From the NCBI GenBank assembly GCA_034660555.1, contig JAYEJL010000089.1, positions 1-12,431 of the forward strand: a stretch of 12,431 nucleotides of DNA, given 5' to 3'. The translations under genes were made by a program, and so were the position numbers. Source of the DNA: Thermotogota bacterium. GTDB taxonomy: Bacteria > Thermotogota > Thermotogae > Petrotogales > Kosmotogaceae. This document shows, in pieces, positions 7,077 through 12,431 of this stretch (positions are counted from its first letter, which is position 1; every line of letters starts with the position of its first letter). The notes beneath the pieces were generated by a model that saw nothing but the letters and a program-made list of their open reading frames with translations, made no database searches and had not been told where the DNA came from.

Positions 7077-8144
7077 ATGAAAAAAAGCATTATTATTTTG
7101 ATATTAAGCCTGGTTGTGGTGTTATTCTTCACAGGCTGTCCGGGTAGCTTTGGCCCCACACTCGACATTGAATTTCAAAAATTAAACAGAGAACCTGGAG
7201 AACCGATGGTAATGAGAGCTGTCCCCAATGGCTTTACTCCAACCGGAAGTGAAGATTATATCTGGAGTGTTTCCTACAAGAAGTCTGATGATATTGGTTA
7301 TACAGACCTCAATGTGCACCCGCCATTTGAAGATAATCAAGCATTAATATATATACCTTCAGAGGTTAGGGTAATCAAAGTCGAAGTTGAAACATATATA
7401 AATCATGAAGGTAAAAGCAAACTGGTAAGTAATAGAGAATTTTTCTATCCTGAGAATAAAAAAGACATTCTGGTTGAAGTTTTCGATCCGCAAGAAAACT
7501 TTAATTCTCCGGACAATTGGTTCAAAAATGAAGAATTTAATACTGATAGAACTCCTGTTTATTTTAGATATATTCCCGATCTTAATGAACAGGTAGTTAT
7601 TGTACCAGAAGATCCCTATGAAGCAAGGGTAGACTATGTAAAAATGTCACCAAACAATTACAATGACATAGGGCAAGCAGGGGTAATATACGTAAATGGT
7701 AAAGAAAAATTTTTAAAAAGTGAATACAGTCATAGTTTCTTTAACAAGTTTTTTAATACGGTAAGTGTAACAGGACGCTGGAATATTACTATAAGCAAAA
7801 AAGAATCTTTAGACGATTGGAGAGCAAAAAACTGGCACGTTGAAGTAGATGGTCAGGCTGATCAGAATAGCAATAAAGCATATATTTTTAGAGCACAAAA
7901 AGAAAATGGTTCAGATTTTGTTGTTACAAATATTATCGATATCACACACAAGTTACCTTACCCAGCAGAAGGATATGAACCAATGGTGGATATAACTATT
8001 GACTTTGATATTTCAGAAGATGAATTTTCACAATTGTCCGGTAAGGAACTATGGGGTGAGAACTCGTATTTTGGAATTATTATTACCGAAGGATCAACAT
8101 TAAAAGGTTTGGAGATGGTATTTTCACCTGACATAGAATACTGA
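7077..8144 (+). CDS. Hypothetical lipoprotein (355 aa)
   Basis: MKKS, a hydrophobic stretch, then lipobox FTG-C (Cys21). SD AGGAGG at 7062-7067 lies within the end of cca. The mature part is acidic and beta-strand-like, with no family I recognise. Confidence 0.8.
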   Translation: MKKSIIILILSLVVVLFFTGCPGSFGPTLDIEFQKLNREPGEPMVMRAVPNGFTPTGSEDYIWSVSYKKSDDIGYTDLNVHPPFEDNQALIYIPSEVRVIKVEVETYINHEGKSKLVSNREFFYPENKKDILVEVFDPQENFNSPDNWFKNEEFNTDRTPVYFRYIPDLNEQVVIVPEDPYEARVDYVKMSPNNYNDIGQAGVIYVNGKEKFLKSEYSHSFFNKFFNTVSVTGRWNITISKKESLDDWRAKNWHVEVDGQADQNSNKAYIFRAQKENGSDFVVTNIIDITHKLPYPAEGYEPMVDITIDFDISEDEFSQLSGKELWGENSYFGIIITEGSTLKGLEMVFSPDIEY

Positions 8145-8157
8145 AAGGTTGATTTTT

Positions 8158-8748
8158 TTGAATGAAAATGTTCTCGTAGTACCTACAAAAAACATCTCAA
8201 ATGTAGTCAATTCAGAAGGTCTTTTGAAAATTGAAATCAGCTGGTTATCTGGACTAATGGAAAAGGAGGGTAAGTATATTCCAAGGGAAAAGGCCGAAAT
8301 TGATGAACGTTATCGTCAGATTATTCCCTATGTTGTTTTAAAAGACCATGATGGCTACTATCTTTTTAAAAGAACCAAAAAACAGGGCGAAAAACGGCTT
8401 CATGAAAAATATACATTGGGAGTTGGAGGCCATGTTAACCAGAAAGATTCACACAAAGAAGGAGTATGGAAAAGTTTTGAAGAGGGAATGCAACGTGAAG
8501 TAAAAGAAGAAGTAGAAATTGACATTAAGAATATTGAATATTTAGGGCTTATAAATGATCTTTCCACTCCCGTAAGCAGGGTCCATCTGGGTGTTGCCTA
8601 TATAGCAGATATTGATTTTTCTGGTTTAAATGAACCTGATAAATTTGAAGTAGAACAGTTTCCACTTAGTGAACTCAGAAAATTCAAAAAAAAGATGGAG
8701 GGTTGGTCACGTCTAGTTTTAATGGAATTATTAAAGAAAAAAAGCTGA
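8158..8748 (+). CDS. Nudix-family predicted phosphoesterase (COG4112/YmaB-like)
   Basis: Motifs AEIDERYRQIIPY, GEKRLHEKYTLGVGGH, Nudix-like box GMQREVKEEV, GLIND...VSRVHLG and EGWS. TTG start at 8158 (after AAAGGTTGA) or at 8149. Confidence 0.85.
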   Translation: MNENVLVVPTKNISNVVNSEGLLKIEISWLSGLMEKEGKYIPREKAEIDERYRQIIPYVVLKDHDGYYLFKRTKKQGEKRLHEKYTLGVGGHVNQKDSHKEGVWKSFEEGMQREVKEEVEIDIKNIEYLGLINDLSTPVSRVHLGVAYIADIDFSGLNEPDKFEVEQFPLSELRKFKKKMEGWSRLVLMELLKKKS

Positions 8749-9557
8749 ATTCTTTTGCAAAAATTAACCTTTATCTCAGCATACACAACAAACGTGATGA
8801 TGGGTTTCATAGCATAACCACACTTTTTCAAACAATTGATCTTCATGATACCATAACCATTAAGTACAGTACCGGAAAAACAGTTTTTAAGACAAATGCA
8901 AGTTTGAAGTGGAACAATGAAAATTTATTGTACAGAGTGGTTGAAGAGTTAGAAAAAGCTACTTCACAAATTCTTAAGCTATCCATATCACTAGAGAAAA
9001 ACATACCTCCTAAAGCCGGACTTGGAGGAGGTAGCAGCAATGCAGCTACACTTCTCAAGCATATGGGGAGAGATCTAAATCTACCATATAAAGAAACTAA
9101 ACGAATCGCAGAAAAACTTGGAAGTGATGTGCCCTTTTTTCTTAAAGGCGGTACAGCCATTGGAAGGGGAAGAGGTGAACTACTTGAATTTCCCGGGGAT
9201 CTCAGCGGTTATTATGTAAAACTACACTTTCCTGATAGTACAGTAAGCACTTCAGAAGCATACAGCATGTTTGACGAGAGCGGAGTATCTTATCGGTCCA
9301 ATTCTCAGGCTTACGATGAAGTCAAAAAATTATGGGAAGCCTTTAAATACAATGATTACGAAACGATAAAAAAATTATCGAGAAACGATTTTGAAGATGT
9401 AGTTTTCATGAATAAGCCCAGTATTTTTAGTCTTTTCAGATCGCTAGATAATAGTAAAAGCATAATTAAGAGGATGACCGGATCAGGTAGCACAATATAC
9501 GAACTGTATCCAGAACATGTTCAAGATTCATATACATTTGCAGAAGGTGTTGATTAA
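8703..9557 (+). CDS. ispE: 4-diphosphocytidyl-2-C-methyl-D-erythritol kinase (MEP pathway)
   Basis: AKINLYL, RDDGFH, FQTIDLHD, GHMP ATP loop KNIPPKAGLGGGSSNAA, LGSDVPFF, GRGE, NDFE and MTGSGST. The only canonical start upstream of AKIN is TTG 8703, which overlaps the Nudix gene by 46 nt. Confidence 0.93.
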   Translation: MVTSSFNGIIKEKKLNSFAKINLYLSIHNKRDDGFHSITTLFQTIDLHDTITIKYSTGKTVFKTNASLKWNNENLLYRVVEELEKATSQILKLSISLEKNIPPKAGLGGGSSNAATLLKHMGRDLNLPYKETKRIAEKLGSDVPFFLKGGTAIGRGRGELLEFPGDLSGYYVKLHFPDSTVSTSEAYSMFDESGVSYRSNSQAYDEVKKLWEAFKYNDYETIKKLSRNDFEDVVFMNKPSIFSLFRSLDNSKSIIKRMTGSGSTIYELYPEHVQDSYTFAEGVD

Positions 9558-9563
9558 AACTTA

Positions 9564-11237
9564 ATGATTTTTGACGGGATATTACTTCACAAGGTACTAA
9601 CTGAATTTAAAAATCAAAATGAAACACTCCTCAGACAAATATATCAATCGGGAAAAGCGAATTTTTATTTTAAATTCGGACACAAAGTACTTCAGATTTC
9701 GTTGCGACCTGATATTACCTTTGTTGCTGTGAGAGAAAAAATAGTTAATGAAGATACAAAAATTACTTCTTTTGTACGGTTTCTAAGGGATAAATTAAGG
9801 GCTTCAAAACTTACAAATGTAAAACAATTTGAGCTGGACAGGATTTTTTTATTGGAATTCACTCAACAAAATGCTTTTGGTGAAACTGAATCCTTCAATC
9901 TGATTACAGAAATTATGGGACCTAATTCTAATATGTTAATCACAGACCACAATATGAAAATAATCAATGTGCTTAACCAAAGGGTTACCAGGAAAAGAAC
10001 CCAGATTCCCGGAGCAAATTATAAACCACCAGATTCTTCTGGTATTCATCCCAAACAATTTACATATGATGAATTTACTAAAATAGTTTCTTCCAGTAAA
10101 AATCCTGCAAGAGATCTTTCGAAAAGATTACAAGGCTTTTCTCCAAAACGTTTCCAGCGTTGTTTAGGATATCAAGGAAAATCCATAGATTTAAACAATC
10201 CTGATTTTTTGAAGGAATTTTGGAATTCATTTCGTGCAATGACCAAAGAATTAGACGAACCTTATGTATATTATATTCCCACAGAAAATGAAAATTATAT
10301 TGATATATTTCCAGCACAAGAAGATAAAGCCAAAAAGATTGGAGCTTCGGAAGCTGTGCTTAAATTTGCTGAAGCAAAGAGACGGAAAAGAGAATTTGAC
10401 GATGTCTTAAATCGATATAAATCACTTATAAATAAGGAATACAACAAAATCGATAAGCTCCTGAGCAAACTTAGAAATGAATATGAAACTGTAAAAGATT
10501 ACGAAGATTATAAAAAACTTGGAGAACTACTTACTTCAAATTTATACAGACTTACCAAAAAAACAGACCAGGTAGAAGTCTTTGACTGGTACAATAACGA
10601 AAATCGAAAAATTAATCTTGATCCAACAAAAACTCCAGCAGAAAATGCTCAACTATTCTTCAGGTACTACGAAAAAGCCAAAAGAAAATCGAAACATTTG
10701 AAAAAGAGAATTAGTCACATAAATAAGCAACTTGAATATTTTGAGGATTTGCTTGAAACTGTGAAATTTTGTGAAAGTAGGGACGAACTGGATTCTATAA
10801 AGGATGAACTGGAAAAAATAGGTTTGCTAAAAAAGAGAAAAAGAAAAAAATCAAAAGGTGAACCTGTATCTGGCCCAAAGGTATATGAAAAACATGGATT
10901 CAAGTATCTGGTAGGTAGGAATAATATTCAAAATGATGAGATAACGCGTAATGCTACAAAAGATGATATTTGGTTTCACGCAAGAAACATACCGGGTGCA
11001 CATGTTATACTTAAAAGGGCTGGTAAAAAGCCATCAAAAGCAGCTCTGGATTATGGTGCATATCTTGCAGCTTCTAATTCCAGAGGACGATATGATAATA
11101 AGGTGGAAGTTGATTATACCCTCATAAAATACGTAAGAAAACCAAAAGGGTTACCACCTGGAAAAGTATTGTATGATAATTTCAAAACAATAGTTATTGA
11201 TTTTTCAAACTTTGTACCAGAGAAACAGGAGGAATAG
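9564..11237 (+). CDS. rqcH: Ribosome quality-control factor RqcH (NFACT/Rqc2/FbpA family)
   Basis: N-terminal MIFDG, NFACT-N motifs ELDRI and EIMGPNSN, a coiled-coil middle (GELLTSNLY...LDPTKTPAENAQ..F.YYEKAKR), and NFACT-R motifs VGRNNIQND, DIWFHARNIPGAHV and VDYT..KYVRKPKG..PGKV.Y. Confidence 0.93.
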   Translation: MIFDGILLHKVLTEFKNQNETLLRQIYQSGKANFYFKFGHKVLQISLRPDITFVAVREKIVNEDTKITSFVRFLRDKLRASKLTNVKQFELDRIFLLEFTQQNAFGETESFNLITEIMGPNSNMLITDHNMKIINVLNQRVTRKRTQIPGANYKPPDSSGIHPKQFTYDEFTKIVSSSKNPARDLSKRLQGFSPKRFQRCLGYQGKSIDLNNPDFLKEFWNSFRAMTKELDEPYVYYIPTENENYIDIFPAQEDKAKKIGASEAVLKFAEAKRRKREFDDVLNRYKSLINKEYNKIDKLLSKLRNEYETVKDYEDYKKLGELLTSNLYRLTKKTDQVEVFDWYNNENRKINLDPTKTPAENAQLFFRYYEKAKRKSKHLKKRISHINKQLEYFEDLLETVKFCESRDELDSIKDELEKIGLLKKRKRKKSKGEPVSGPKVYEKHGFKYLVGRNNIQNDEITRNATKDDIWFHARNIPGAHVILKRAGKKPSKAALDYGAYLAASNSRGRYDNKVEVDYTLIKYVRKPKGLPPGKVLYDNFKTIVIDFSNFVPEKQEE

Positions 11238-11239
11238 TT

Positions 11240-12157
11240 TTGATAAGGATAGGATTAATTCTCTTTTTTGCAGGGGCAATTTGTACATATCTGCCCCTCT
11301 TTCTTGGAGAAGGGTTTACAGTCCTGGTGTTTTCTGTTATTGGCATGCTTATAAGCCTTTATATCTGGTATGCCCTGGCATGGAACAGAGATCAACATTA
11401 CAGAAGACTCGAAAAGAAAGATTTATTCAAAAACGAAGGCAATCTGAAGTATAAATTAAAGAGTAATAGCGTAAAATATGCGATTTTCTACTCCATATCT
11501 TATGTCACAATGAACGTCACTGGTCTTTACTCAATGAAAATAATTATCGATAACATTGAACCACTTGAAGGAGACATAAATCCTGAAGAGATAATGAGCT
11601 TGCTGAGCGATTCTTATTATCCGGCGCTTTCCTTAATATTTGTTGCAGCAAGTGTGATCAGTTTCATACTTTTTTATAAATTGATTGAAGTTATATACAA
11701 TGATGAAGCCAAAATGCAAGCTCTGGAAAGTAAAAAAGGTCAGGTTCCATTATTGATAAAGAACAGGATATCTGTATGGTTTGTAGTTATCTTTACACTA
11801 TTAACTTACGGACTGTTTAGCTGGTATATTAGATATCGTATTATGGCTGTTCAGTTGATACATGCAAAACTGGAAGAACAGTTTAGCGCAATGAAAAAGA
11901 AATCCGTGGAAAAGGCAAAGGAATTTGAAGAAGAGAAAAAACGAAAGGAAAATCTAACCGATGAACTTGAGAATAAATACACCGAATTACTGAATGAAGT
12001 CAAAGATAACAAAAAGCGAAAAGAGATCATCGCTTCATTATTTAAAGATCTGGGTGAGTTACAATCCAGCAAAGCACATGAGATAATTAAGCAACTTCAG
12101 GAAAAAAATGTTCTCAGTGAAAATGAATATCGCAAACTAAATAGATTATTGGCATAG
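11240..12157 (+). CDS. Hypothetical multi-pass membrane protein with charged C-terminal tail
   Basis: About 5 hydrophobic segments. The last (VVIFTLLTYGLFSWY) resembles DUF4234-type helices. The tail is E/K-rich coiled-coil-like and ends in a SHOCT-like LQEKNVLSENEYRKLNRLL. TTG start with SD AGGAGG at 11227-11232. Confidence 0.75.
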   Translation: MIRIGLILFFAGAICTYLPLFLGEGFTVLVFSVIGMLISLYIWYALAWNRDQHYRRLEKKDLFKNEGNLKYKLKSNSVKYAIFYSISYVTMNVTGLYSMKIIIDNIEPLEGDINPEEIMSLLSDSYYPALSLIFVAASVISFILFYKLIEVIYNDEAKMQALESKKGQVPLLIKNRISVWFVVIFTLLTYGLFSWYIRYRIMAVQLIHAKLEEQFSAMKKKSVEKAKEFEEEKKRKENLTDELENKYTELLNEVKDNKKRKEIIASLFKDLGELQSSKAHEIIKQLQEKNVLSENEYRKLNRLLA

Positions 12158-12171
12158 AAAGTGGTGATTTT

Positions 12172-12431
12172 TTGAGAAAAGTGCAATCTATAACCATGCT
12201 TTTGCTTATAATAAATATTTCCATTTATATCTTTACAGCAATCGCAACTATAGGTAGAGGTGATATGCAAACTATTATTTATTACTATGGTGGTATCAGT
12301 CGGTCGGCACTAAATCGGGGACTGGTATATACCCCAATCTCTGCTTTATTTTTGCATGGTAGTTTTTTGCATATTGGTTTTAATATGTTTGCTCTTTATC
12401 AGCTAGGCCGTCTTGTTGAAGGAGTCTACGG
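12172..12431 (+). CDS. Rhomboid-family intramembrane serine protease (3'-truncated by window)
   Basis: Not in the ORF track. My translation from TTG 12172 is MRKVQSITMLLLIINISIYIFTAIATIGRGDMQTIIYYYGGISRSALNRGLVYTPISALFLHGSFLHIGFNMFALYQLGRLVEGVY. FLHxxxxHxxxNM...G..VE is the rhomboid TM2 signature. SD-like GGTGA at 12163-12167. The catalytic GxSG and His lie outside the window. Confidence 0.88.
   Translation, partial: MRKVQSITMLLLIINISIYIFTAIATIGRGDMQTIIYYYGGISRSALNRGLVYTPISALFLHGSFLHIGFNMFALYQLGRLVEGVY

Noticed and set aside
5553..7168. Minus-strand ORFs 5553..5900, 6420..6632 and 6974..7168
   Set aside because: Antisense to cca and the lipoprotein; no recognisable motifs.
10829..10856. A-rich tract encoding KKRKRKKSK in rqcH as a slippage or self-stalling sensor
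   Set aside because: A basic linker before NFACT-R is normal in this family, the frame is intact, and A-runs are common across this AT-rich window.
9564..11237. Fibronectin-binding adhesin (FbpA/PavA) interpretation
   Set aside because: A legacy annotation; there is no signal peptide and the RQC motifs are intact.
8598..12072. Minus-strand ORFs 8598..8846, 8843..9160, 10078..10317, 10715..10903 and 11851..12072, and + ORF 11197..11454
   Set aside because: All overlap well-supported genes in other frames and have no independent evidence.
1..12431. CRISPR arrays, tRNA/rRNA, riboswitches, IS elements, tandem repeats, frameshifted pseudogenes
   Set aside because: Intergenic gaps are all under about 100 nt, I saw no repeat arrays by eye, and all genes have continuous frames. 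A covariance-model search was not possible.

Overview
AT-rich, gene-dense bacterial chromosomal window with no mobile elements, CRISPR arrays or RNA genes that I can see. The proteins look Thermotogota-like: the HtrA N-terminus YVNPDYQSPVKNVVEACA, a DHH-CBS-fused tRNA nucleotidyltransferase, a Nudix-ispE pair and a Lys/Orn-type racemase. This taxonomy is recall, not a search result. Layout: (i) the 3' part of an iron-siderophore/cobalamin ABC ATPase on +, ending at a shared hairpin; (ii) a minus-strand pair, a PLP amino-acid racemase followed by an HtrA/DegP protease, with a well-formed ECF/sigmaE-type promoter in front of htrA; (iii) a very compact divergent promoter region with back-to-back TATAAT boxes; (iv) a tightly packed plus-strand operon of at least 9 genes: DUF123 GIY-YIG protein, DUF62 SAM hydrolase, DHH-CBS-tRNA nucleotidyltransferase, an unrecognised lipoprotein, COG4112 Nudix, ispE, rqcH, an unrecognised membrane protein, and a rhomboid protease cut by the window end. 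Most genes are housekeeping. The best leads are the apparent quality-control theme of the operon (RqcH with a tRNA 3'-end repair enzyme, a nuclease and a rhomboid), the promoter architecture, and the two unrecognised envelope proteins. A truly new system is a hypothesis only.
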